The notes below the pieces were generated by a model, which had not been told where the DNA came from, searched no databases, and was given only the letters and a program-made list of their open reading frames with translations. From the NCBI GenBank assembly GCA_947574215.1, contig CANPIX010000003.1, forward strand, positions 15,770 to 79,769: 64,000 nucleotides of DNA, read 5' to 3'. The stretch comes from an uncultured Mycoplasmatota bacterium (GTDB lineage: Bacteria > Bacillota_I > Bacilli_A > RF39 > UBA660). Positions 37,578-47,772 of the stretch are shown here, piece by piece; position 1 is the stretch's first letter, and each line of letters begins with the position of its first letter. Made by a program: the position numbers and the translations under genes.

Positions 37578-38294
37578 ATGGAAAGAATTATAAAATTTGT
37601 TAAGTGGGCGTCATACGCTATTGGTATGTTTTTTCTTTACTATACTATCTGCCCTAATTTATTCGCTTTTCTCTTACATAAACCTTTAACTAGTCAAAAC
37701 TTTTGGGCTTATAATTTTGCTTATCTAGGTATTTATTTTTTTACTTTTCTTACGATCATGATAATAATTCATAAAGATATCTTTAAACAATTTAAAGAAT
37801 TCATTAAAGAACCTAAAAAATTTTTAAAGAAAGGTTTTTCTTATTGGGGATATGGCATTGTTTTTATGATGTTTTCTAATTTACTTGTTTCTTCTTTAGT
37901 TGGCAACATAGCGGTCAATGAACAAGTGACCAGACAAACGCTCTTAGTTTCCCCTCTATATGCAATTCCCACAATCATTTTTTTCGGACCATTTTTGGAA
38001 GAAATTGTTTTTCGTTATTGTTTAAGAAAAGGATTTCGTAATAAACTGTTTTATGCATTTTTTTCAGCTTTCAGTTTTGGAATCCTCCATGTTTTTACTG
38101 CATTTGATAGTTTAACTTTTACCAATATTATGGCAAATTTTAAAGAATTTTTATTTATTGTTCCTTACGGTTCTTTAGGTTTTTTCTTCGCAAAAGCTTA
38201 TTTTGAAACGGATAATATTTTCACTTCTATTGTGCCTCACATGCTTCACAATTCTATTTCAATTGCCCTCATTCTGATTTCAAGTTTTTTATAG
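37578..38294 (+). CDS. CPBP-family (CAAX/Abi) intramembrane metalloprotease
   Basis: EEIVFR motif and a second conserved motif FGILHVF, within a polytopic protein. Confidence 0.6.
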   Translation: MERIIKFVKWASYAIGMFFLYYTICPNLFAFLLHKPLTSQNFWAYNFAYLGIYFFTFLTIMIIIHKDIFKQFKEFIKEPKKFLKKGFSYWGYGIVFMMFSNLLVSSLVGNIAVNEQVTRQTLLVSPLYAIPTIIFFGPFLEEIVFRYCLRKGFRNKLFYAFFSAFSFGILHVFTAFDSLTFTNIMANFKEFLFIVPYGSLGFFFAKAYFETDNIFTSIVPHMLHNSISIALILISSFL

Positions 38295-38297
38295 GAG

Positions 38298-39185
38298 TTG
38301 TATATGCAAGAACAACAAAATATGATTTTCAAAGATAAAAAAAAAGGTATTTTAAAAAAAATAGTCTTTTTAATTTGTTTTATGTTACTCTTTTTCTATT
38401 TATTTATTCGTTATGGAGAACCTAATTTTTTTATTATAAAAGAATTCAATATTATAGATAACTCACTTCCTTATTCTTTTCATGGAACCAAAATTGTTCA
38501 TTTTTCAGATATTTTATATGGATCTACAATTAATGAAAAAAATTTAAATCGAATTGTTAATCAGATTAATGAATTAAAGCCTGATGTTTTGATTTATACG
38601 GGCGATTTATTTAATGATAATTTTCATTTAGATGAAACAACAATAGATACTATAAAAAATATTCTTTCTAAGACAAAAGCAACCTATAAAAAATACGCTG
38701 TTGTTGGAGATAACGATTATATTGATAAAAATAAATACATTGAAATTATGGAAAAAGCGGATTTTAAAGTTTTAAACAACAAAAATGATTTTCTTTATTT
38801 TGGAGGAAATGAACCTTTAGTTTTTATTGGAACCAATTCTCTATTAAAAAAGGAAAATGGAATTGAACTTGCGATGCAAAGCACAGAAGATCTTTCTAAC
38901 GCTTATAAAATTTGGTTAAATCATGAACCTACCATTATGGATGAACTTATAAAAAAAGATATAAATCCTAATTTGATTTTTACAGGGCATACCTTAAAAG
39001 GACTTATTTCATTCCCTTTTCAAGGCTATTTATTAAAACAAGAAGGTGTTTTAAACTATACAGATTCTTTTTACCAAGAAAATAATACTAAAATGTATAT
39101 ATCCAATGGTCTTGGTACTTATAAACATAAAATTCGTTTTTTGAATACACCTTCTATTCATTTGTATCGTTTGTATCAATACTAA
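38298..39185 (+). CDS. Membrane-anchored metallophosphoesterase (calcineurin-like)
   Basis: Motifs VHFSDILYG, YTGDLFND and VVGDNDY, after an N-terminal TM helix. Confidence 0.55.
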   Translation: MYMQEQQNMIFKDKKKGILKKIVFLICFMLLFFYLFIRYGEPNFFIIKEFNIIDNSLPYSFHGTKIVHFSDILYGSTINEKNLNRIVNQINELKPDVLIYTGDLFNDNFHLDETTIDTIKNILSKTKATYKKYAVVGDNDYIDKNKYIEIMEKADFKVLNNKNDFLYFGGNEPLVFIGTNSLLKKENGIELAMQSTEDLSNAYKIWLNHEPTIMDELIKKDINPNLIFTGHTLKGLISFPFQGYLLKQEGVLNYTDSFYQENNTKMYISNGLGTYKHKIRFLNTPSIHLYRLYQY

Positions 39186-39255
39186 AAAAGAATATAAAAA
39201 TTATATTCTTTTCTTGACTACTATTATAAAGATAATAAAAAAGACCCTTAAGGTC

Positions 39256-39723
39256 TTATACGCAGTCTACGAATGTATCCGTTAAACATCTAATTGCACA
39301 AATGCAGTCTAGACTAATTGTAAAAAATGAACTAGTAGCAACGTATGGATTTAAACTTGTTGGATCCGGATTGTCGGCAAGTACACGACAAGTACAGCAA
39401 TTTCCATCTACTTTTTCTACTCTAAATACATTTGAACATGTAGCGCTTGCTTCACGACAAGTGGCTGTTGAATCTTTGCTAGTTGGCATACTCCAAGGAG
39501 TTCCATTTCCACAGCATGTATAAAGCATTATTGGTCGAGTGTTACAAATTAGACAATTTGGTCCTCCACCTAACATAGGTCTATCACAAGAGTCTAAACA
39601 ACTATCTGGACAAGCATTTTGTTGAAGAACTAGTATAACATTTAATATTTCAGCGATACAACTTGCATTATCGTGATTGTTTTCTTTATTACACATATCT
39701 TTCACCCTTTCCTGTATTCTCAT
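39256..39723 (-). CDS. CotZ/CotY/ExsY-family cysteine-rich spore coat/exosporium protein
   Basis: FRVEKVDGNCCTCRVL and SLDCICAIRCL closely match the B. subtilis CotZ motifs FRVERVHGSC and DLDCFCAINCL, as recalled from memory. Confidence 0.6.
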   Translation of the reverse strand: MRIQERVKDMCNKENNHDNASCIAEILNVILVLQQNACPDSCLDSCDRPMLGGGPNCLICNTRPIMLYTCCGNGTPWSMPTSKDSTATCREASATCSNVFRVEKVDGNCCTCRVLADNPDPTSLNPYVATSSFFTISLDCICAIRCLTDTFVDCV

Positions 39724-39817
39724 TAATAATTTATGATAATTTAAAAAAATAGTTCATAAATTCAAAAAGGTTTTAAAAAATCTTAATTTGTTGTATAATT
39801 TTAATAGGTGATTTATT

Positions 39818-40135
39818 ATGGATACATGGATTCAATATTTACTTATAGTTCTTGTATTGGTCATTATCTCATTAGTTGTTATTAAATTAATGAAGAAAGA
39901 CTTTAGTGCAGAAGCAAATAAGTTGATCAATTATTTAGGTGGTAAAGACAATGTTGTCAATGCTGAATGCAATATGTCGCGTTTTAAAGTAATCCTAAAA
40001 GATGTTTCTCTTGTAGATAAAGATAGTATACAAAAATTAGGTGCCAAAGGAATTGTGGAAATTGACAATCAATTAAAGATTATTTTTGGTAAAGACGCAA
40101 GGCAATTAAAAAAATATATAGATGAAATTTTATAG
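39818..40135 (+). CDS. Membrane-anchored orphan PTS EIIB-like (glucose-family) domain protein
   Basis: NYLGGKDNV...AECNMSRFKV...LGAKGIVEIDNQLKIIFG matches the EIIB(Glc) fold signature with its phospho-Cys. No EIIC partner is adjacent. Confidence 0.45.
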   Translation: MDTWIQYLLIVLVLVIISLVVIKLMKKDFSAEANKLINYLGGKDNVVNAECNMSRFKVILKDVSLVDKDSIQKLGAKGIVEIDNQLKIIFGKDARQLKKYIDEIL

Positions 40136-40143
40136 TGTAACTT

Positions 40144-40446
40144 TTACACTTTTTTTATGTCTAAAATGTCATCTATTTCAATTGTTTTTCCAGATAAAGT
40201 TAGCAATGCATTTTGAGTAAGACCTACAATATCTACTTCTTCTGATCCTTTTTTTGTCGTTACTTTTACTCTTGTTTTGTATACATGTGTTTTATCGCTA
40301 AATATTTTGTTGATTTCTTGACTACTTATGGAAGCACTTCGTAAACTATCGTCTTCTGAACTTTTAAATGTTTCTTTGTTGTTGCTTATTTTCTTTGTAA
40401 TGGGAACTGCATACACATTTGGTAATTTTTTATTCATATAGAACAC
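40144..40446 (-). CDS. Hypothetical protein (100 aa)
   Basis: ORF only. Confidence 0.3.
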   Translation of the reverse strand: MFYMNKKLPNVYAVPITKKISNNKETFKSSEDDSLRSASISSQEINKIFSDKTHVYKTRVKVTTKKGSEEVDIVGLTQNALLTLSGKTIEIDDILDIKKV

Positions 40447-40476
40447 CTCGTTACATTTTATGATTTTTTATTTATT

Positions 40477-41610
40477 TTGTTGCATACTAAAAATATGAAA
40501 AAGATTTTAACGAAATACAATCTGCTTCTTTATATTCCACTTGGACTCTTAATGATTGCTAGTTTTTTTTGCATGTACGAATCAAGGTTTGTAAAAGAAA
40601 TTTACTCTAATTATTTGATAAAACAAGTCCTTTGGTATAGTATAGGATTTTTACTTATTTTATTTTTAAAAAAAATAAAATTGAATTTTTTGTTTCGTTA
40701 TAGTTTTTATTTTTATCTTTTAGGAAATTTTTTATTGGTTCTTGTTTTGTTTTTCGGCAAAGATATAAATGGCTCAAAAGCTTGGTTTCATTTTAAACTT
40801 TTTAGTTTTCAACCTAGCGAATTTATGAAAATTGCTCTTCTTCTTTATTTAAGCAATGTGACCAATGCATTTAAAAAAAATGATAAAAAAAATGAATTCC
40901 TTTATCTTATAAAATGTGCTTTTATTGTCTTTATTCCTAGTTTACTTGTATTTCTAGAACCAGATACGGGTGCTATCATTATTTATTTGTTGCTTTTATT
41001 ATCAGTACTTTTTATTTCTGGATTAAAAAAACGTTGGTTTGTTATTGCTTTCTTACTTATTTTTTTAATTTTTGGAAGTTTCTTCTATCTTTATTTTTTT
41101 AAACAAGACACGTTAATTCAATTGATTGGTACTAGTTTCTTCTACCGAATGGATCGAATTATTCATTTTAAAGATGGAAGTAGTATGCAACTAGCTAATG
41201 CTCTAACTACAATCGGAAATGCAGGACTTTTTGGCCATGGAATTCAAAAAGAACTTCTTTACGTTCCAGAATTTCCTACGGATTTTGCTTTTACATTATT
41301 TCTATCTATTTTTGGTTTTATTGGTGGATTTCTATTATTGCTTCTTTTCTTTATATTAAATTGTTTTTTTATCAGCAAATACTTTTCAGTGAAAAATTTT
41401 GAAAAAAAATGTTTTATTCATGGTTTCGTATTTATATTTTTATTTCAACAAATCCAAAATATTTTAATGAATGTAGGACTTATGCCAATCATGGGTATAC
41501 CTCTTCCTTTTTTATCTTATGGAGGTTCTAATATGATTGTATACTTTATTTTTATAGGAATTCTATTAAATATTACAAGTAAGAAAATCCAAAATAAAAA
41601 AGCTGACTAG
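40477..41610 (+). CDS. SEDS-family peptidoglycan glycosyltransferase (FtsW/RodA/SpoVE)
   Basis: Polytopic protein with the FQPSEFMKIALLLYLS motif. Confidence 0.7.
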   Translation: MLHTKNMKKILTKYNLLLYIPLGLLMIASFFCMYESRFVKEIYSNYLIKQVLWYSIGFLLILFLKKIKLNFLFRYSFYFYLLGNFLLVLVLFFGKDINGSKAWFHFKLFSFQPSEFMKIALLLYLSNVTNAFKKNDKKNEFLYLIKCAFIVFIPSLLVFLEPDTGAIIIYLLLLLSVLFISGLKKRWFVIAFLLIFLIFGSFFYLYFFKQDTLIQLIGTSFFYRMDRIIHFKDGSSMQLANALTTIGNAGLFGHGIQKELLYVPEFPTDFAFTLFLSIFGFIGGFLLLLLFFILNCFFISKYFSVKNFEKKCFIHGFVFIFLFQQIQNILMNVGLMPIMGIPLPFLSYGGSNMIVYFIFIGILLNITSKKIQNKKAD

Positions 41611-41635
41611 TATTTTTATTAGACAGCTTTCTTTT

Positions 41636-41863
41636 TTATCTTCCATAAGGAATTGGATAATAGTAACTATAAGAATAGTTTCCATAAGGTCCAGGTCCCA
41701 TTGGTGGGTAATAAGGCCTATTTGGTGCAACGTTATAAATTGGTCTTGGTCTTGTTAGTCCTACTGCAGCACCTCCAACCAAGGCACCAGTTAAAAAAGG
41801 AAAGAAAAATTGGCGATCCCCACTATTGTTTATAGGTTTCAGACCATAAGTGTTTTGATACAT
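41636..41863 (-). CDS. Small Tyr/Pro/Gly-rich protein (possible spore-coat component)
   Basis: 75 aa ending YGNYSYSYYYPIPYGR. Compositionally resembles Tyr-rich coat proteins. Confidence 0.3.
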   Translation of the reverse strand: MYQNTYGLKPINNSGDRQFFFPFLTGALVGGAAVGLTRPRPIYNVAPNRPYYPPMGPGPYGNYSYSYYYPIPYGR

Positions 41864-41910
41864 TTAAAAAGTCCTCCTCTCAATGTAATTTATGAGAAAG
41901 AAGGATTTTG

Positions 41911-43137
41911 TTATTTATAAAAGCCTAGATAATACTTTTTCTTTCCTTTTTTAATAATTATAATTTTATTTTCTATGAAATCTTCTTTAGTAATACTTTT
42001 TTCTAAATTGGTTTCTTTTTTATTATTAATAGAAATCGCTCCGTTGCTTATCATTTCTCTTGCTTCTCTTTTACTTGTGCAAATTTGGCCATTTACAAGT
42101 AAGTCAACCAATAATTCATTTTCTTTTATTTCAAATGTGGGAATATCTTTTAAGCTCGCAATTATATCTTTAGCTGATAATTTCGTTATATCTTCATTAA
42201 ATAATGATTCACTCATACTTTTTGCTTTTTCGAATTCTTCTTTACCATGTAAATCCGTAATGATTTCTTCTGCCAAACGTTTATGCGCTTCACGTAATTC
42301 AGGATTTTGTTTATGACGTTGTTCAATACTTTCAATATCTTCTTTAGATAAAAAAGTTAATTTTTTTAAGTAATCAATAATCATATTGTCTTCTAAATTA
42401 ATTAAATATTGATACAACTCATAACTTGAGGTTTTATTTTTATCCAACCACAACGCATTTCCTTCCGTTTTTCCGAATTTAACACCTGCTGAATCAGTAA
42501 CAAGTGGCATTACCATACCATATGCGGTTTGATCCATTTTTTTACGAATTAATTCAATACCCGCTGTAATATTCCCCCATTGATCACTACCTGCTACTTG
42601 TAATATACAATTTTTAGTTTTAAATAAATGTAAAAAATCTAATGCTTGTAAAATCATATAAGAAAATTCAGCAAAAGTAATCCCCGTTTCTATTCTTGAT
42701 TTCACTTTATCTTTGGCAAGCATGTAATTAATATTAAAATATTTACCATAATCCCTCAAAAAGTCTATCACATTAATTTCTTTCGTCCATTCATAATTAT
42801 CCACAACTTCAAATCCAAAGATACTTTCGGCTTGTTTTTTCAAACCAATAATATTTTTGGCAACTTCTTCTTTTGAAATCATTGGTCTTTCACTTGTTGG
42901 CTTAGGATCTCCAATTAGTCCAGTGGCTCCTCCTATTAAAAGAATTGGATGATGACCAGCACGTGCAAGTCTTTTAGAAATTAAGAAAGAACTGTAATGT
43001 CCAATGTGCATAGAATCCGCTGTAGGATCTGTTCCTATGTAAAACGTAATTCCTCCTTTATTCAATTTTTCAATTAATTCATTATCACTAATGTCTTGTA
43101 CAAGCCCTCTCCAAACTAAATCTTCATAAACTGTCAT
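41911..43137 (-). CDS. tyrS: Tyrosyl-tRNA synthetase
   Basis: HIGH motif (SMHIGHY), KMSKS variant KFGKT, and a C-terminal S4-like domain. RBS AAGGAGG. Confidence 0.9.
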   Translation of the reverse strand: MTVYEDLVWRGLVQDISDNELIEKLNKGGITFYIGTDPTADSMHIGHYSSFLISKRLARAGHHPILLIGGATGLIGDPKPTSERPMISKEEVAKNIIGLKKQAESIFGFEVVDNYEWTKEINVIDFLRDYGKYFNINYMLAKDKVKSRIETGITFAEFSYMILQALDFLHLFKTKNCILQVAGSDQWGNITAGIELIRKKMDQTAYGMVMPLVTDSAGVKFGKTEGNALWLDKNKTSSYELYQYLINLEDNMIIDYLKKLTFLSKEDIESIEQRHKQNPELREAHKRLAEEIITDLHGKEEFEKAKSMSESLFNEDITKLSAKDIIASLKDIPTFEIKENELLVDLLVNGQICTSKREAREMISNGAISINNKKETNLEKSITKEDFIENKIIIIKKGKKKYYLGFYK

Positions 43138-43440
43138 TGTCTTTTCCTCCTTAAAAATAAAAACACGACAAATAAATCACTAAGGACGAATTTGCCGTGG
43201 TACCACCTTAATTCATGAAATCATTCATGCTCTTTATAACTATAACGCGTTACCATAATTAATTCAAAATGGATATTTCATTCCTTTTTCTTGATTTGTT
43301 TTCATCAACCACAAATTTTCTTATTACCTTAAAAAGCAACTACTAAACATTTATCAATATTAATTTTAATTATATTTACTTTATCATATATATTATTTTT
43401 TAACAATATTTTTTATAAATTAGAATGATTTAAAAAATAG
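43138..43440 (-). promoter_or_regulatory. T-box riboswitch leader of tyrS
   Basis: The minus-strand transcript contains AAUUAAGGUGGUACCACGGC (T-box consensus AAUUAGGGUGGUACCGCG). It overlaps a 10-bp terminator stem CACGGCAAAU/AUUUGUCGUG, followed by a U-run. Confidence 0.8.
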
Positions 43441-43455
43441 TATAGGTAAAAACGA

Positions 43456-43917
43456 CTAAGCTGTTTTTTTCTTAGTCGTTTTGGGTTTATTTTTAGTTAT
43501 TGTTTTTGGTTCATTCTTTTCAATTTTATCAATTGCACTTTTTAAAATTGTAACGGTTTTGTCTTTAATTTCATTTGCAGCTTTTTCTACAACCGGTGTA
43601 CTTTTTTCTTTAGCAATATCAATTAAATCATCGGCTTTTTTTAATAGCGCTTGCCCTTTTTCTTTAATCATTTCTATAGCGGTTTCTTTATTTAAATTTT
43701 CTAAATCTTTTTTTAATTCTTGTACTTTTAAATCAAATTTAGCTTTCATTTCTTTGGCGTCAATATTTTTAATATCATTTGCCATTTTTTTCGTTTTATT
43801 TTTTAATTCTTTTCTTGTTTCACTACCCTTTTTTGGAGCAAATAATACCCCTAGACCAGCACCAATTGCAGCTCCAACAATAAACTTTCCCATTCCTTTT
43901 TTACTCATAAGACTCAC
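43456..43917 (-). CDS. YtxH-like protein (N-terminal TM, Gly-zipper, coiled-coil)
   Basis: GKFIVGAAIGAGLGVLFAPKKGSETRKELK matches the start of the YtxH/DUF948-neighbour family. Confidence 0.5.
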   Translation of the reverse strand: MSLMSKKGMGKFIVGAAIGAGLGVLFAPKKGSETRKELKNKTKKMANDIKNIDAKEMKAKFDLKVQELKKDLENLNKETAIEMIKEKGQALLKKADDLIDIAKEKSTPVVEKAANEIKDKTVTILKSAIDKIEKNEPKTITKNKPKTTKKKTA

Positions 43918-44207
43918 TCACTTTCCTTTTCTATTTTTTTCTTTTTTCGATTAAATCTTATTTTATGAAATATGGATGCAATTCCATCAACCACTTTATC
44001 CGTTACAAGGGCAATTTTATCCGTTGTATAATCTATGATATGAAAGAAACCATTTAATGTTTGCACCTTATCGTTTACATCTTTTACTACTTTTTCAATT
44101 TTATCTAATGTTATTATGAACTTTACACCTAATATTATGCCAATTATTAAGAAAATTATTAATAAAATATAAATAATTAATGGCAAAAAGTCTAACCAAA
44201 AATTCAT
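43914..44207 (-). CDS. DUF948-like small membrane protein
   Basis: N-terminal TM helix followed by a coiled segment. Forms a ytxG/ytxH-like gene pair. Confidence 0.4.
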   Translation of the reverse strand: MNFWLDFLPLIIYILLIIFLIIGIILGVKFIITLDKIEKVVKDVNDKVQTLNGFFHIIDYTTDKIALVTDKVVDGIASIFHKIRFNRKKKKIEKESE

Positions 44208-45151
44208 TCTTCTTCTTCCTCTCTGTTATCATACATCGAATCAATTAAATCAAATAAATCATTTTCTAAAGTATCTTCTTCAAAATGCTCTTTTTCACTT
44301 TTACTAGATTCTTTATCTAATACTTGCAAATCTTCTACATGATTTACTTCTGGTTCTATGCGATATTCTTCCTCTTCTTGTTCTTCTTCAAAATGTCTAC
44401 TGCTACGTCTAGTGGTGTCGATTTCTTCCACTCGAGTTCGCATAGGTTTTGCATTACGGCTTTCACGACTATTACTACGTGTTTCATAAGAAATATCAAT
44501 TTGTTCATTTGCTGATTCACTCAATAACTCGTCAATATTTTGGTCTGTTTTTCCAAAAAAATTTTCTTTTGGTGTTTCGAAAGAACGCTCAATGTCTTCT
44601 TCTAAAGTTCCAAATGCTTTTCTACGAATAGCATCCACATCATAAACTTTTTTTGGTTTTTCTTCTTTTACTGTAATAATGTCTTCTTTTTTATAATTTT
44701 TATCTAAAACACCATAAACAGGAGAAATAACAGGAGAAGGTTTAAATGTTTTCTTTTGGTTTTCTTCTTTATTTTCTTTCTTAGTATTCTCTTTTCTTGA
44801 TAATTTTATTTTTTTATCGTAATCAAAAGTAATAGGTTTTACACGATCAAAATTTTCTTTCGGTGTAATAACTGGCTCTTTTTTTTCTTCTTTTTCAATT
44901 GGAGGTTTATAACTTGTTTTAAATTCTTCTTCATCAAATTCTGGAAACTTAAAAGTATTTTCTACTTTAAATAGATTTTTTTCATTTTCAGAAGAAACTG
45001 TTTCTAAATTTTTCTTTTCAATTTCAGGCTTTTTTTCTACTACTTCTTCTCTCGTTATTTTTATTGGTTTTACTTCTGGAGTTTCTTTTAAAGGTATTTC
45101 AATTTCTTCTTCCTCAAATAAGGCATTTTTTAATTTGTTAAATAATCCCAT
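44204..45151 (-). CDS. Glu/Lys-rich low-complexity protein
   Basis: 315-aa ORF, highly charged, with no TM helix. Confidence 0.35.
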   Translation of the reverse strand: MGLFNKLKNALFEEEEIEIPLKETPEVKPIKITREEVVEKKPEIEKKNLETVSSENEKNLFKVENTFKFPEFDEEEFKTSYKPPIEKEEKKEPVITPKENFDRVKPITFDYDKKIKLSRKENTKKENKEENQKKTFKPSPVISPVYGVLDKNYKKEDIITVKEEKPKKVYDVDAIRRKAFGTLEEDIERSFETPKENFFGKTDQNIDELLSESANEQIDISYETRSNSRESRNAKPMRTRVEEIDTTRRSSRHFEEEQEEEEYRIEPEVNHVEDLQVLDKESSKSEKEHFEEDTLENDLFDLIDSMYDNREEEEE

Positions 45152-45158
45152 TTTATCT

Positions 45159-45812
45159 TCACCTCTTAATTATCAAATCCGTGTCTGGTAATTGACTTTC
45201 ATTCGTATCACTATTTTGATTGCCTTTATCGTTTCCTAAATGATTATCACTACTTATTGTTTCAAATATGTTGTATTCATTTTCATTGTAATTCAAAATG
45301 TCTTCTCCAATCATATTTTCTATTATTTTGTCATTGTAGGAGATAGAACTTAATAAAGATATAGCGTAACTGAGCATTTCTTTAATGTCCTTATTATTTA
45401 CTATCACTTCTATTTTAGCATAATTATACATAATTTCAATTAAATATTTTTCATTTTCTCTTAAATTAATTTCTACATAGCCAAAAAAATCTCCATTGCT
45501 AATTGTTTTTGAATAATAAGATGTATTATTTTCTACATAAACATTTTTTATTTTATTTTGATAACTAATCAAATCAACATACAAATACATATTGTATTTT
45601 TCACTTTTTATAGTCACATTGCTATTTTGATCTTCTAACACCATCAATCCTTTTGGCAAATAATAACTATAGCCAAAAGAAGAATGATTTTTAAAATTAA
45701 TTTTTTGATTGTTTAAAGAAAATGATATTATTTCCTCGTAACTACTTTTGTTTATAGGCATACATCCAGTTAAAAGAAAAAGTAAAGTTAAAAGTAACAC
45801 ACACTTTTTCAT
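45159..45812 (-). CDS. Lipoprotein, unknown function
   Basis: Signal peptide with lipobox LLTGC. Confidence 0.5.
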   Translation of the reverse strand: MKKCVLLLTLLFLLTGCMPINKSSYEEIISFSLNNQKINFKNHSSFGYSYYLPKGLMVLEDQNSNVTIKSEKYNMYLYVDLISYQNKIKNVYVENNTSYYSKTISNGDFFGYVEINLRENEKYLIEIMYNYAKIEVIVNNKDIKEMLSYAISLLSSISYNDKIIENMIGEDILNYNENEYNIFETISSDNHLGNDKGNQNSDTNESQLPDTDLIIKR

Positions 45813-45869
45813 AAGTTGCCTCCTATCGTAATTTCTATTATAGCAAACAATTGGCTTTTTTGAAATACT

Positions 45870-47732
45870 CTATTTTTTCCAAATTTGATTTAATTTTTCT
45901 TGCAATTCTTTTTTGTTAAAAGGTTTCGATAAATAATCACTAAAACCTAGATTTAAATACTTTTCTCGCGCTCCGTCCACTGCGTCTGCGGTTAGGGCAA
46001 TCGTAGGAATAATGAATCCTGGTTTTTCTTTTAGTTTTTGCATTGTTTCTTCTCCACCCATTACTGGCATCATAATATCCAAAAGAATTAAATCGTATTC
46101 ATTTCCGATCAATACTTTTTCTAATACCTCTACTCCATTATTACATTCTGTAATATCAAAATCATAGCCATCTAATGCGCGTCTAGCCACTTTTATATTT
46201 AATTTATTATCATCCACCAAAAGTATTTTTTTATTTCCATAAACGGGATTTACTTCTAAAAGTTCAATCTCTTCTTTTTGTGGTGCATTTAAAATACTAA
46301 TCTTTTGCGGAATTTGTGCTAGAAACAAAGACCCTTTTCCATAGGTACTTTGTACATTTATTTTTCCGCCCATCATTTCCACTAGATTTTTGGTAATAGC
46401 AAGTCCCAATCCAGTTCCTTCAATCGTAGTATTTCTTTCCACATCAAGTCGATCAAACTTAGAAAACAAACGTCCTATACTTTCTTGCTTAATTCCTTTT
46501 CCAGTATCTTGAATACTAATCATTAAAAGGCAAATATCTTCTTTATTAATCGCACGAATATTTAATGTAATACTTCCCTTATCTGTATATTTTATCGCAT
46601 TAGAAAGCAAGTTGTTGATTACTTCTTTAATATGGACTTTATCTCCTAAAAGTTCGTAAGGAATATCAGAAGCCAAATTCATTTGAAATTCTATTGGTTT
46701 ATCGCCAATACGAGTGGTTGTAACGCTTACTAATTTTTCTACTTCCTCTACCAAATGATAAGGACTACTCACAATTTCCATCTTTCCACTTTCAATTTTA
46801 TTAATATCCAAAATATTCCCTACAATTTCAAGTAATGTTGCTGAAGCGTTATTAATATCTTCTATGTCTTCTAGCACTTGTTTTGGAACACTTTCTTTAA
46901 AAGAGGCTATGTCTTCTGATAAACCCACAATAGCATTTAAAGGAGTTCTTATTTCATGAGACATACTGGATAAAAAATCACTCTTAGCATGATTGGCTTT
47001 GTCTGCCGCCTCTTTAGCTATATTTAATTGTTCTATCATTTTCAAATCTGGATTTTCTATCGTATTATACATAAATACAACTATAAAACCAGTTAAAGAG
47101 CTTACTAATAATAGCTCCGGAAAAAGCATTTGTAAACTAATAATGGGAATACATGAAATTATAAATGTTAAAATTGGACCAATTTTTCTTTTAGAAATCA
47201 CCTTAAAATTTTTAAAAATATAAATTAACCATCCAAAAATAGCAACCCCCGCTATAGAATATAAATAATTGGCATTAGCACCATAGATATAAACAATGTT
47301 TGCATCTTTAAAATAATTAAAAGGCATACACATATTTAAAATTGCTAAAAATCCATAGATTAATAAATATCTCTTTGCTCTTGCATTCTTTAAAAGGGTT
47401 AATGAATTTTCTTCTTTTACTTCTATCTTTTCTTTTAAACAAATAATATAAATTGTAATTAAGAAAATAAATGTTAATAAGTAAAGCATATAAAATTTCA
47501 CAATTGTCCATCTTATAAGACTATCTTCACTTAAGCATAGATGGGCATATATTCCTGCAATATCTAATATAATTCCAAGTATGGTTACTATAAGTAATAA
47601 AAAATAGATTCTATTTTCAATTGTGTTTATTTTTGGTTTACTAAAAAATTGCCAACTAGTTATTAACAAATATATTAAACTTAAAATTAACAAAGGGATA
47701 CTAAAATGCATATGATTTCCTCCACATAACAA
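45870..47732 (-). CDS. Hybrid sensor histidine kinase with C-terminal receiver domain
   Basis: At least 6 N-terminal TM helices, H-box SHEIRTPLNAI, G-box GTGLGLAI, and a receiver KILLVDDNKLN...DLILLDIMMP. Confidence 0.8.
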   Translation of the reverse strand: MLCGGNHMHFSIPLLILSLIYLLITSWQFFSKPKINTIENRIYFLLLIVTILGIILDIAGIYAHLCLSEDSLIRWTIVKFYMLYLLTFIFLITIYIICLKEKIEVKEENSLTLLKNARAKRYLLIYGFLAILNMCMPFNYFKDANIVYIYGANANYLYSIAGVAIFGWLIYIFKNFKVISKRKIGPILTFIISCIPIISLQMLFPELLLVSSLTGFIVVFMYNTIENPDLKMIEQLNIAKEAADKANHAKSDFLSSMSHEIRTPLNAIVGLSEDIASFKESVPKQVLEDIEDINNASATLLEIVGNILDINKIESGKMEIVSSPYHLVEEVEKLVSVTTTRIGDKPIEFQMNLASDIPYELLGDKVHIKEVINNLLSNAIKYTDKGSITLNIRAINKEDICLLMISIQDTGKGIKQESIGRLFSKFDRLDVERNTTIEGTGLGLAITKNLVEMMGGKINVQSTYGKGSLFLAQIPQKISILNAPQKEEIELLEVNPVYGNKKILLVDDNKLNIKVARRALDGYDFDITECNNGVEVLEKVLIGNEYDLILLDIMMPVMGGEETMQKLKEKPGFIIPTIALTADAVDGAREKYLNLGFSDYLSKPFNKKELQEKLNQIWKK

Positions 47733-47772
47733 AAAATAAAAAAATAGAAGATTTTTTTATTTTGCTTCTATC

